A stretch of DNA of 20,000 bases, taken from IMG/VR virus record IMGVR_UViG_3300044724_001447, one strand, 5' to 3'. The position numbers were made by a program, and so were the translations under genes. Origin of the DNA: an uncultured virus (IMG/VR IMGVR_UViG_3300044724_001447). Its lineage: Duplodnaviria; Heunggongvirae; Uroviricota; Caudoviricetes. Under the pieces are notes generated by a model. The model saw nothing but the letters and a program-made list of their open reading frames with translations. It had not been told where the DNA came from and searched no databases. Shown here piece after piece: positions 1 through 8,599 of the stretch; position 1 is the first letter of the stretch; each line of letters starts with the position of its first letter.

Positions 1-693
1 CTTCGAGTACATGGATTGACGGATGTACACGTAGGTGCTAACGAATTTGATATGAAAAAGTTCCAAGAAGCTATAAAAATTATTTACGAAGACCCAAATG
101 CACGATGGTTTGGTAATGGTGATATGATAGAACTTATACCGCCAAATTATAATATTAATCAGCGTGGACAATGTATGTCTCCAGAACAACAATACTTAGC
201 ATTTTTAAAATTAGTACAACCAATTGCTGATAAATGTTTGTTTATTCGTGGGGGTAATCACGATTATTTACGAAGTTTTAACATATTAGACTTTGACATT
301 TGCAAAACATTAGCAAGTGAAATGGGTGTACCTTATTATAGATTACCTGGGTATGCACGTATTACTATTCAAGGTAAAGATTGGTATATGGTTAGTGGTC
401 ATGGTAAAAGTGGTGCTAAAAATGGTGATACTGAGTTAGATAAAATGGCATCAGTTTATAGTGATGGCGATGTATTTTTCTTAGGACACAATCACCAACT
501 ATATTGTAAACCTATAGATTCTTTGACGATAGATAAAGAAGGTATGGAAACTTTAAAAAGAAAGTGGTATATTAGAGGAGGTTCATTTTTACGCTACGCA
601 GATTATGCACGATATTCTTTTTACGGAATACAACGAACTGGGTGGATAACAATGGAATTTACTAAAGATAAAATAAACTGTTGGGAGAACTAA
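1..693 (+). CDS. Calcineurin-like metallophosphoesterase (5'-partial)
   Basis: Frame is open from base 1 (LRVHGLTDVHVG...), so the true start lies upstream. The five metallophosphoesterase motifs occur in order: DxH (TDVH), GD (GNGDMIE), GNHD, H (SGHG), GHxH (GHNH). Confidence 0.85.
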   Translation, partial: LRVHGLTDVHVGANEFDMKKFQEAIKIIYEDPNARWFGNGDMIELIPPNYNINQRGQCMSPEQQYLAFLKLVQPIADKCLFIRGGNHDYLRSFNILDFDICKTLASEMGVPYYRLPGYARITIQGKDWYMVSGHGKSGAKNGDTELDKMASVYSDGDVFFLGHNHQLYCKPIDSLTIDKEGMETLKRKWYIRGGSFLRYADYARYSFYGIQRTGWITMEFTKDKINCWEN

Positions 694-694
694 T

Positions 695-808
695 ATGCCA
701 TATGGTAAAGGTACTTACGGGAGTAAAAGAGGTAGACCATCAAAAAAAGCAAAAGCTGCAGGTAGAAAAAAAGGAATGAAACGTGTTAGTAAAAAAAAGA
801 AAAAGTAA
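695..808 (+). CDS. 37-aa highly basic protein with AT-hook-like RGRP core
   Basis: Manual translation MPYGKGTYGSKRGRPSKKAKAAGRKKGMKRVSKKKKK*; 17 K/R, no acidic residues. GGAG lies upstream and the ATG is 1 nt after the previous stop. Confidence 0.75.
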   Translation: MPYGKGTYGSKRGRPSKKAKAAGRKKGMKRVSKKKKK

Positions 809-962
809 AAAGAAAGGTTTATACGCTAATATACACGCTAAACGTAAACGCATTAAAGCAGGTTCAGGTGAACGTATGAGAAAACCTGGAAGCAAAGGCG
901 CTCCTACTGCAACAAATTTTAAAAGAGCCGCTAAAACTGCTAAAAAACGTAAAAAGAAATGA
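783..962 (+). CDS. 59-aa highly basic phage protein (GLYANIHAKRKR type)
   Basis: GTG start with AGGA at 772-775; MLVKKRKSKKKGLYANIHAKRKRIKAGSGERMRKPGSKGAPTATNFKRAAKTAKKRKKK*; 25 K/R. Resembles small hypothetical proteins I recall from marine phages. Stop overlaps the next ATG (ATGA). Confidence 0.75.
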   Translation: MLVKKRKSKKKGLYANIHAKRKRIKAGSGERMRKPGSKGAPTATNFKRAAKTAKKRKKK

Positions 963-1096
963 GGGGATTACGCCCACAAATAGACAAGCATAGTAATGGC
1001 AAGAAAAAAACTAGGCAAGGTCAAAGTCATAGAACAAAATATGGAACTAAAGGTAGTAAAAATTATTATAAAAAACGTAGTAGAGGACAAGGATAA
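959..1096 (+). CDS. 45-aa highly basic phage protein (KKTRQG...RGQG type)
   Basis: MRGLRPQIDKHSNGKKKTRQGQSHRTKYGTKGSKNYYKKRSRGQG*; 15 K/R; coupled at both ends (ATGA 959-962, TAATG 1094-1098). Confidence 0.72.
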   Translation: MRGLRPQIDKHSNGKKKTRQGQSHRTKYGTKGSKNYYKKRSRGQG

Positions 1097-1362
1097 TGGC
1101 TGTCAAAAAAGATTCTAGATTAAAAAGAGCTGGTGTATCTGGTTATAATAAACCTAAACGTACTCCTAGTCACAAAACAAAATCACACATTGTTGTAGCT
1201 AAAGAAGGTAGTAAAATTAAAACTATTAGATTTGGTCAACAAGGCAAAACTGGTGATAGGACTATGACTAAAAGAGCTAAATCGTTTAAAGCTAGACATA
1301 GAAAAAATATTAAAAAAGGTAAGATGTCAGCAGCTTATTGGGCTAATAAAGTTAAATGGTAG
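1096..1362 (+). CDS. 88-aa basic hypothetical viral protein (IRFGQQG...SFKARH...SAAYWA)
   Basis: ORF track; 28 K/R versus 3 D/E; TAATG coupling; motif pattern recalled from marine viral hypothetical proteins. Confidence 0.8.
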   Translation: MAVKKDSRLKRAGVSGYNKPKRTPSHKTKSHIVVAKEGSKIKTIRFGQQGKTGDRTMTKRAKSFKARHRKNIKKGKMSAAYWANKVKW

Positions 1363-1368
1363 GAGATT

Positions 1369-1596
1369 ATGCCGATACAAAGAAAAGGGGTAAGTAAAGG
1401 TGATATGGTTCGTGCTATAAAAGGTATTGAACTACATCTTATGCAACTTCAACAACACATTGTAATGATAGATAATATCTTAGATAAATATATCGTTATG
1501 AAAAAAGACAAAGACAAATTCGTAGAGTTTATGGAAAATGAACATAAACAAGAACAACGTAAGCAAAGCAGAAAAAGCACTAAAACTAGCAAGTAA
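1369..1596 (+). CDS. Hypothetical helical protein upstream of TerL
   Basis: AGGAG Shine-Dalgarno immediately upstream; 75 aa; overlaps the TerL 5' end by 59 nt. Confidence 0.65.
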   Translation: MPIQRKGVSKGDMVRAIKGIELHLMQLQQHIVMIDNILDKYIVMKKDKDKFVEFMENEHKQEQRKQSRKSTKTSK

Positions 1597-3109
1597 AGAC
1601 TTAATAGCTTTTGGTAAACTTTTTCTTCCTGATGATTTCATGAGGAGTGAAACACCTCCATTTCATTACGAAATGGCTGATGCTATTGATGATAATAATG
1701 TAAAACAATTAGCTGTTATTTTACCTAGAGGACACGGAAAAACTGTGTTAACTAAATGTTCTATTATTAAAGATTTTTGTTTTTGTCCAAAAGATGATAT
1801 GTTGTTTTATGCTTGGGTATCAGCAACGCAAAAATTAAGTACTGGTAATATGGATTATATCAAGTACCACTTTGAATACAATGAAAAAATAAAATACTAC
1901 TTTGGTAGTTTGAAGGGAAAAAAATGGACAGAAGAAGATGTGGAGTTATCCAATGGATGTAAACTTATTAGTAAATCGAATGTTGCGGGTATTAGAGGGG
2001 GTGCTAAATTACACAAAAGATACGACCTCATCATTCTTGACGACTTTGAACACGAAGCAAATACTATCACAGCTGAAGCACGGGCTAAAAATAGCAATCT
2101 CGTTACTGCTGTTGTTTATCCTGCTATTGAGCCTCATACTGGTCGTCTTCGGGTCAATGGTACTCCTGTGCACTATGATAGCTTTATCAATAACCTCATC
2201 ATTAATTATGAGCGTAGTAAAAAAAGCAAAGATGATTTTGCATGGAGAGTAATTACTTACAAAGCAATACAACCAGATGGTACATCGCTTTGGGATAGTT
2301 GGTTCCCTGTATCTAAGTTAGAAGAAAAGAAAAAGTTTTATCAAGATAGTGGAACGCCTAGCAAGTTCTATCAAGAATATATGATGGAAGTACAATCTGA
2401 AGAAGATTCAGTTTGGGGTAGAAAACACGTAAAGTACTGGGAAGGTTATTATGATTACGATGAAGGTGAAAGTCAAGGATATATCAACATTGATGGATTA
2501 AGAACTCCTGTAAATACGTTTATTGGATGCGACCCAGCAACAGACATTAATACAAAAAATGCAGACTTTAGTGTAATCATGGTAGTTGCAGTTGATGCGA
2601 ATAATAATCGTTATGTACTAGAATATGAACGCCATCGTAGTATTCCTACATTAGGAGCAAAAGATGTTGATGGAAAGATTATAGACAAAAAAGGTGTAGT
2701 AGATTATATTATAGAGTTGTATAAAAAATATAATTGCAAACAAGCTACAGTAGAAGATGTAGCTATGAATCGTAGTATTCTGCAAGCATTGAACGATGAA
2801 AGAAGAAGAATTAATCGTTATGATATAGCTGTTATACCTGAAAAACCAGGTGGACAACAAAAAAGAAACAGAATATATTCAGGTTTATCTGGTATTTTTT
2901 CTGTAGGTTCTTTATATTTAAGGGAAAATATGTTTGATTTGGTTAACGAAATTGTAACTTTCGGACCAAGAATGGCGCATGATGACACAATTGAAGCACT
3001 TTATTATGCAAATTTACACGCATTTCCGCCTAATTATTCAAACAATGGTACAGAAAAACCAAAATGGTACAAACCAAAACGTAAAGCAAAAAGCTGGATA
3101 GTAGCTTAG
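1538..3109 (+). CDS. terL: Terminase large subunit
   Basis: Walker A LPRGHGKT, Walker B LIILDDFE, coupling motif NGTP, and an RNase H-like nuclease with GCDPA and HDDTIEAL; located upstream of portal and capsid genes. Confidence 0.93.
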   Translation: MNINKNNVSKAEKALKLASKDLIAFGKLFLPDDFMRSETPPFHYEMADAIDDNNVKQLAVILPRGHGKTVLTKCSIIKDFCFCPKDDMLFYAWVSATQKLSTGNMDYIKYHFEYNEKIKYYFGSLKGKKWTEEDVELSNGCKLISKSNVAGIRGGAKLHKRYDLIILDDFEHEANTITAEARAKNSNLVTAVVYPAIEPHTGRLRVNGTPVHYDSFINNLIINYERSKKSKDDFAWRVITYKAIQPDGTSLWDSWFPVSKLEEKKKFYQDSGTPSKFYQEYMMEVQSEEDSVWGRKHVKYWEGYYDYDEGESQGYINIDGLRTPVNTFIGCDPATDINTKNADFSVIMVVAVDANNNRYVLEYERHRSIPTLGAKDVDGKIIDKKGVVDYIIELYKKYNCKQATVEDVAMNRSILQALNDERRRINRYDIAVIPEKPGGQQKRNRIYSGLSGIFSVGSLYLRENMFDLVNEIVTFGPRMAHDDTIEALYYANLHAFPPNYSNNGTEKPKWYKPKRKAKSWIVA

Positions 3110-3118
3110 GAGAAGACA

Positions 3119-3517
3119 ATGCAAGACAAAATAAAGATGAATACAGAATTTGGTCCATACGATAGTAAAGAAGAAATAGAAGGTTTACAAAAAAGACTAG
3201 CTGAAGTAGGATTCAATATAGAAGTAGATGGTATGTATGGTAAAAAAACAAAAAGAGCAGAAAAAGAGTATGCTTTATATATACAAAACAATATACCAGA
3301 AGATAAAATGTTAATGTATAATAATCCTGATTTAGTAAACATGGCTGAAAAACCTTTTCATTTATTAATGGAAGGTGATGTAAATTTATTTGATAAAGCT
3401 CTAAAAAATCCTATGTCTTTGACTGATGAAGAGTATGGTCGTGCTTTTCCTGATGCAAAAACTAATACAGAAATATTAAAAGACTCAGATATATTTGAAT
3501 TTTTGAAAAGACAATAA
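3119..3517 (+). CDS. Protein with N-terminal peptidoglycan-binding (PG_binding_1-like) domain
   Basis: LQKRLAEVGFNIEVDGMYGKKTKRA matches the LQ..L...G......DG.YG..T..A signature; AGGAG SD at 3108-3112; adjacent to the endolysin. Confidence 0.65.
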   Translation: MQDKIKMNTEFGPYDSKEEIEGLQKRLAEVGFNIEVDGMYGKKTKRAEKEYALYIQNNIPEDKMLMYNNPDLVNMAEKPFHLLMEGDVNLFDKALKNPMSLTDEEYGRAFPDAKTNTEILKDSDIFEFLKRQ

Positions 3518-3909
3518 TGCCTAAATTTGGTAAAAAATCACAACAAAAATTGAACACTTGCGACCCAAGATTAATTGAACTATTTGAAAGAGTAGTTGAA
3601 GATTTTGATTGTTCAGTACTACAAGGACATCGTGGAGAAAAAGAACAAAACGAATTGTTTGAAAAAGGTTTTAGTAAATTAAAATATCCTAAAGGTAGAC
3701 ACAATCAGTATCCATCGTTAGCTGTAGACGTAGCACCTTATCCTATAGATTGGAAAGATAGAGAACGTTTTACATACTTTGCTGGTTTTGTGATGGGAAT
3801 TGCAGCTTCAATGGGACTAACTATACGTTGGGGTGGAGATTGGGATAGAGATACTGACTTAAAAGATAACAACTTTGACGACTTACCACATTTTGAAATA
3901 AGGGACTAA
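3517..3909 (+). CDS. Endolysin, M15-family zinc peptidase (L-Ala-D-Glu peptidase-like)
   Basis: GHR..EQ.ELF.KG.SK, H...PSLAVD, IRWGGDW and DLPHFE motifs, with a His/Asp/His Zn-ligand pattern as in T5 and Ply500-type endolysins. Confidence 0.88.
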   Translation: MPKFGKKSQQKLNTCDPRLIELFERVVEDFDCSVLQGHRGEKEQNELFEKGFSKLKYPKGRHNQYPSLAVDVAPYPIDWKDRERFTYFAGFVMGIAASMGLTIRWGGDWDRDTDLKDNNFDDLPHFEIRD

Positions 3910-3910
3910 T

Positions 3911-6133
3911 ATGGCACGTAAAAGCAAAGCAGAAACAAATAAAGAGTTATTTAATAAAGCTAATAATTATTATAGAAAAAAATGGTTTAGCGATTCTCAG
4001 AAAGGAATGGACTTTTATTTAAATGACCAATTATCAGCTGAGGAAAAAGAAGATTTAAGAGAAGGTGGTATGCCAGACTTTATTATTAATCGTATTACAC
4101 CAGCGATTGATATTATGAAATTTTTTATTACGGCTAACAATCCTAGATGGCAAGCAGTTGGTGTAGAGGGTAGTGATGCTGATATAGCACATATCCATAG
4201 TATGATTGCTGAACATTCATGGCATTTGTCCAGTGGTAAAAGTTTATTTTCTGAAGTAATTCAAGACTCACTTGTTAAAGGTGTAGGGTTTTTTAAAGTA
4301 GAAATAGACCCAGATGCTGATAATGGTATGGGTGAAGTAGTTTATAAATCTATAGACCCTTATGATGTTTATGTAGACCCTATGAGTAGAGACTTTCTTT
4401 TTAGAGATGCAAACTATATTATAGTACAAAAAAATATTTCTAAGACATCTTTAATACAAATGTTTCCTGACATGAAGCGTAAAATTATTCGTGCATCAGG
4501 TATAACACAAACAAAACAATATTCTAATAGAGATATACACGAATCAGATAGTATTCAACCAGGCGATTTAGAACACGAAGCTTATACATTAGAAGGAGAA
4601 AGAGATGATATTCTTGACTTTTATGAAGTATATACAAAAGAAAAAATACCTCATGTTAATGTTTGGTTAAGAAAACCTCCTACAGAAAGAGAACTTCAAA
4701 AGATTAAAGAAGCTACACAAAAAGATATTTTAAATATGCAAGAAGAGATGGAAGTTGTTCTAAAAGAAAAAGAACAAGAATTCCAAATGTTAGTACAAAA
4801 AGGAGAAATGTTAGAAGAGAGAGCTGAAATAGAATCTCAAAAACTATTTGAACAAATGCAATCTAGAATTGAAGAACAACAAGCATTAATGGAAGCAGAA
4901 TTAATTAGGTCTCAAACAAGAACCAAACAAATTGTTATGTCAAAAGTACAATTTGAAAACTTAGTAAAAGACCCATCTTTTAGAGAGCAAGTAGTAGAAA
5001 GCGTACCATTCTTCAAAACACAAATTAAAGTAACTGCTTCTGCGGGTGATATGTTTTTATATGAACAAGTATTACCTATAGAAGACTATCCTATTGTTCC
5101 AATACCTTATCAACATACAAATACACCTTATGCTGTAAGTGCTGTTATACCAATGATAGGTAAACAAAGAGAGATAAATAAATCACATCAAATTATGCTA
5201 CACAATGCAAACTTGGCATCAAATCTTAGATGGTTATATACCGAAGGAAGTGTTGATGAAGAAGAGTGGGAAAAATATTCAAGTAGTCCTGGAGCTATGT
5301 TAAAATATAGACAAGGATTTCAACCACCTAATCCAATACAACCATTGCCTATTAATAATGCATTCTACACAGTAACCCAACAAGGTAAACAAGATATAGA
5401 ATATATTAGCGGTATATCATCAAGTATGCAAGGTATTGGTAGACCAAGTTCTGAAACATATCGTGGTTTATTAGCAATGGATGAATATGGTACAAGAAGA
5501 ATTAGACAATTTGTTAACAATGTAGTAGAACCATCACTTGAACACTTAGGTAAAGTATTTATGCAATTTGCACAATTTACTTACACTACACAAAAAGTGT
5601 TTAGAATTGTACAGCCAGAACAAGGGCAAACACAAGGTGAAGTACAAGAAGTTTCTATCAATATACCTATCTATAATGATTTTGGTAAGGTAGTAGAAAG
5701 ATTTAATGATTATGCTTCAGCTAAATTTGATGTTAGAATTATTGCTGGTTCAACACAACCACTTAATAGATGGGCATTGTTAGAAGAATACTTTAAATGG
5801 TATCAAGCTGGATTGATTGACGATGTAGCTATGCTAGAGCAAACTGATATACGTAATAAAAAACAATTACTACAACGTAAAAGTATGTATGCACAAATGA
5901 AACAACAACTAGCAAATGCAGAAAATGCTATGAAAAGTCAACGAGGTACAATTGAAACATTAGAAAGACAATTAGTACAAGCTGGTATTAAAGATAAATT
6001 AAATGAAAGTTCTAAAGTAATGGATAAAGAGCTTAATAGAAGTGTTGCAGCTCAACGACTAATTAGAAGTCGTATGCAAGACAAAGAAAAAATTCAACAA
6101 GAAAATGTTGATAATGATAAAAACGTACAGTAA
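3911..6133 (+). CDS. Portal protein (P22-like, long)
   Basis: 740 aa between TerL and scaffold; N-terminal DFY..DQ...P...INRI.P.I pattern, QREINK and EYISGIS segments, and a C-terminal coiled coil typical of P22-like portals. Confidence 0.85.
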   Translation: MARKSKAETNKELFNKANNYYRKKWFSDSQKGMDFYLNDQLSAEEKEDLREGGMPDFIINRITPAIDIMKFFITANNPRWQAVGVEGSDADIAHIHSMIAEHSWHLSSGKSLFSEVIQDSLVKGVGFFKVEIDPDADNGMGEVVYKSIDPYDVYVDPMSRDFLFRDANYIIVQKNISKTSLIQMFPDMKRKIIRASGITQTKQYSNRDIHESDSIQPGDLEHEAYTLEGERDDILDFYEVYTKEKIPHVNVWLRKPPTERELQKIKEATQKDILNMQEEMEVVLKEKEQEFQMLVQKGEMLEERAEIESQKLFEQMQSRIEEQQALMEAELIRSQTRTKQIVMSKVQFENLVKDPSFREQVVESVPFFKTQIKVTASAGDMFLYEQVLPIEDYPIVPIPYQHTNTPYAVSAVIPMIGKQREINKSHQIMLHNANLASNLRWLYTEGSVDEEEWEKYSSSPGAMLKYRQGFQPPNPIQPLPINNAFYTVTQQGKQDIEYISGISSSMQGIGRPSSETYRGLLAMDEYGTRRIRQFVNNVVEPSLEHLGKVFMQFAQFTYTTQKVFRIVQPEQGQTQGEVQEVSINIPIYNDFGKVVERFNDYASAKFDVRIIAGSTQPLNRWALLEEYFKWYQAGLIDDVAMLEQTDIRNKKQLLQRKSMYAQMKQQLANAENAMKSQRGTIETLERQLVQAGIKDKLNESSKVMDKELNRSVAAQRLIRSRMQDKEKIQQENVDNDKNVQ

Positions 6134-6136
6134 ATT
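6108..6136 (+). promoter_or_regulatory. Candidate sigma70-like promoter for scaffold and MCP
   Basis: TTGATA (6108-6113), 17 nt spacer, TAAATT (6131-6136). The AT-rich background makes chance matches likely, and the predicted start site would fall close to the SD. Confidence 0.3.
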
Positions 6137-6153
6137 AGAAGGAGAAATACAGT

Positions 6154-7017
6154 ATGGATAATAACAAGGATAACTTACTAGTAGATGATGCACAACGTGC
6201 AGAACTTCCAGTAACTCCCACTGAGAACGATACTGTGGCTGAAGATTTTTTTTCTCAGCTTGATAGACAAGTTATGGGTGAAGTGGTAGAACAGCCAAAT
6301 GTAGAAGCTCAAGTAGAACAGACAACTCCAATTCAGGACCCTGTTGCAGAGCAAAATACTGAATTTGATTCAGTAAATTGGGAAAAGCGATATAGTGATT
6401 CGTCAAGAGAAGCAAAACGACTTAACAATCAATTGCAAGACATAGAACCATATATGCCTTTACTCAATGCAATGAAAGAGGACCCAAATTTAATTTCTCA
6501 TGTGAGAGGTTATTTTGAGGGTGGTGGCTCAGCTCCTAAGAGCGTAAAAGAGCAACTTGGCTTAGATGAAGATTTCATTTTTGATTATGATGATGCTTTG
6601 TCAAACCCTGACTCTCAATCTGCAAAGTTGTTTAATGCAACAGTAGATGGAGTTGTACAAAGAAGGCTTGGTGATTTTGCAAAACAACAATCTGAACAAT
6701 CACGTAGAGCTTCTGAAGAAACTAGTTTTAAATCAAAACATAATGTTTCAGATGAAGACTATCAAGATTTGATGAAGTATGCAAAGTCCCACAAGTTAAC
6801 ATTAGAAGATGTGTATTATTTAAAAAATAGAGATAATAGAGACAATGAAGTCGCTAATAACACTAGAAATGAAGTAATACAACAAATGAAAAATGTTAGA
6901 CAAATGCCTACTAGTGTAGCGTCAAGCGGGAATACACAAAGAGAAGAAAAATCAGTAGATGATGCTGTCTTTGATAAGTTGTTAGCCGAAGGAACTGAGT
7001 TAAACAAATTGATGTAA
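6154..7017 (+). CDS. Capsid scaffolding protein
   Basis: Acidic low-complexity N-terminus, helical WEKRYSDSSREAKRL segment, position between portal and MCP, strong SD AGAAGGAG. Confidence 0.75.
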   Translation: MDNNKDNLLVDDAQRAELPVTPTENDTVAEDFFSQLDRQVMGEVVEQPNVEAQVEQTTPIQDPVAEQNTEFDSVNWEKRYSDSSREAKRLNNQLQDIEPYMPLLNAMKEDPNLISHVRGYFEGGGSAPKSVKEQLGLDEDFIFDYDDALSNPDSQSAKLFNATVDGVVQRRLGDFAKQQSEQSRRASEETSFKSKHNVSDEDYQDLMKYAKSHKLTLEDVYYLKNRDNRDNEVANNTRNEVIQQMKNVRQMPTSVASSGNTQREEKSVDDAVFDKLLAEGTELNKLM

Positions 7018-7030
7018 TAATAACTCAACA

Positions 7031-7050
7031 ACCCCGAGGAGGGTAATAAC
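7031..7050 (+). promoter_or_regulatory. MCP ribosome-binding leader (strong SD within a short ACCC/GGGT stem)
   Basis: ACCCCGAGGAGGGTAATAAC precedes the ATG at 7051; GAGGAGG SD; ACCC 7031-7034 can pair with GGGT 7041-7044. Confidence 0.6.
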
Positions 7051-8589
7051 ATGGCAGATACAAGTTATCCAGCGTCAAGTCCATTGGCGTTGTCAACAAG
7101 TACAGGCTTAAGCCAGGGTTATGCGGCATCACAAGGTTCTTCACTAGCGACAGGAGATTTACGTAGAAGATACGACTTTTCTGAAAGATTCGGAGAGTTG
7201 GCAATTGACCAAACTCCATTTTTCAGACTAGTTTCTTCATTGGCTAAGAAACCAACTGATGACCCCCAGTTTAAGTTTACCGAAAAGAGACATTCTTTTC
7301 ACAAAAGATACGCATACGTAGTAGGATTTAATAATGGAACATCTGATGTTTTTACTGATGCAACATTAGTAGATACTAGTGCAGGTGCAATAGCAGCAGG
7401 TGGTACAGTAAAGCTATTTATGGCTACTGATTACTTTAGTGCTGGTAATATTCAAAATATACAAGGTCAATCTAACGGAGCAATCAAAGTTGGAGACTCA
7501 GGTACAGCACCAGAATGGATTATGGCTAATCAAATTCTTAAAGTTCCTGTAAGTTCTACAACAGGTGGCGCAGTTAATGACTACATATTAGTTCGTGTAA
7601 CAGCAGTTGGAGCACAAGAAGCAGCAGACCTATCAGGTGGCGGTGGTTCAGGAACAGCTGAGGTTAAAGAAGTAACAGGTAAAATCTTAAGAAGTTCTTC
7701 AAGTGTAGAACTTTCTACATTTGCTAGTGATGCAGGTGCAGATTGTGTTGTTTACAATGAAGACATTGCTGAAACTTTAGAACAAAAAAGAACTTATGTT
7801 GTAGGTAATTCTTATGGCGAAGGTTCTTCTTTATCTGGAGAAAGCTTCAAAGATAACCCATATTCAACTGGATTTGGACAAACACAGATTTTTAGAACTG
7901 AGTTTGGTATGACAAATACAGCTAGAGCAACAGCTCTTAAATATGAACCAAATGAATGGGCTAGAACCTGGAGAGAAAAACTAATTGAACACAAGTGGGA
8001 AATTGAACACGCTGGTTTATTTAGTGCTCAAGCTTCAGTAGATGGTGTAGCTCATACACAAGGTGCTATTGATTATGTTCTTAACTATGGTAATATATTT
8101 GACTTAACACTAGCAACGAAAACAATTGATGATTTCTTGCAAGATATGTCACAATATCAAGACCCAAGATACAATCAAGATGCAGCTACAGTCTACATGT
8201 GTAGTACTGCAGTTTACACTTGGTTCCACAAAATTGGTGGGTTCTTTAAGAACAATATTGGAATTGATTCACAGTTCCAAGCAGACCTAGCCGTTACAGG
8301 TAGAAAGAAAGTAATGGGACTAGATGTAACTGAAATCTCTACTGTTTATGGTAACATGAACATCGCAAGATGTGTTGCTTTAGATAGTACTGATGTCAAG
8401 ATTCTAGCGTTAAATATGAACAACGTAGCTTACAGACCACTAGTTGGTAATGGAGTTAATAGAGATACTGCGGTATACGTAGGAGTTCAAAATCTTGAAA
8501 ACACAGGTGTTGACAAGAGAGTAGACATCATATTAACAGAAGCTGGTTTTGAATTTATGATGCCAGAATCACACGCTATTTGGAAATAA
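7051..8589 (+). CDS. Major capsid protein (HK97 fold, SU10/DUF5309-like)
   Basis: 512 aa after the scaffold; TPFF..., F.F.E, GN...EG, TQIFRT, EH...F, G.......I.T.YG.M and RPL....D...ILTE.G pattern; very strong SD. Confidence 0.85.
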   Translation: MADTSYPASSPLALSTSTGLSQGYAASQGSSLATGDLRRRYDFSERFGELAIDQTPFFRLVSSLAKKPTDDPQFKFTEKRHSFHKRYAYVVGFNNGTSDVFTDATLVDTSAGAIAAGGTVKLFMATDYFSAGNIQNIQGQSNGAIKVGDSGTAPEWIMANQILKVPVSSTTGGAVNDYILVRVTAVGAQEAADLSGGGGSGTAEVKEVTGKILRSSSSVELSTFASDAGADCVVYNEDIAETLEQKRTYVVGNSYGEGSSLSGESFKDNPYSTGFGQTQIFRTEFGMTNTARATALKYEPNEWARTWREKLIEHKWEIEHAGLFSAQASVDGVAHTQGAIDYVLNYGNIFDLTLATKTIDDFLQDMSQYQDPRYNQDAATVYMCSTAVYTWFHKIGGFFKNNIGIDSQFQADLAVTGRKKVMGLDVTEISTVYGNMNIARCVALDSTDVKILALNMNNVAYRPLVGNGVNRDTAVYVGVQNLENTGVDKRVDIILTEAGFEFMMPESHAIWK

Positions 8590-8599
8590 TAGCTAAATT

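Noticed and set aside
1538..8589. Inteins or introns in terL, portal or MCP
   Set aside because: ORFs are continuous, with no intein splice motifs or homing endonuclease signatures seen.
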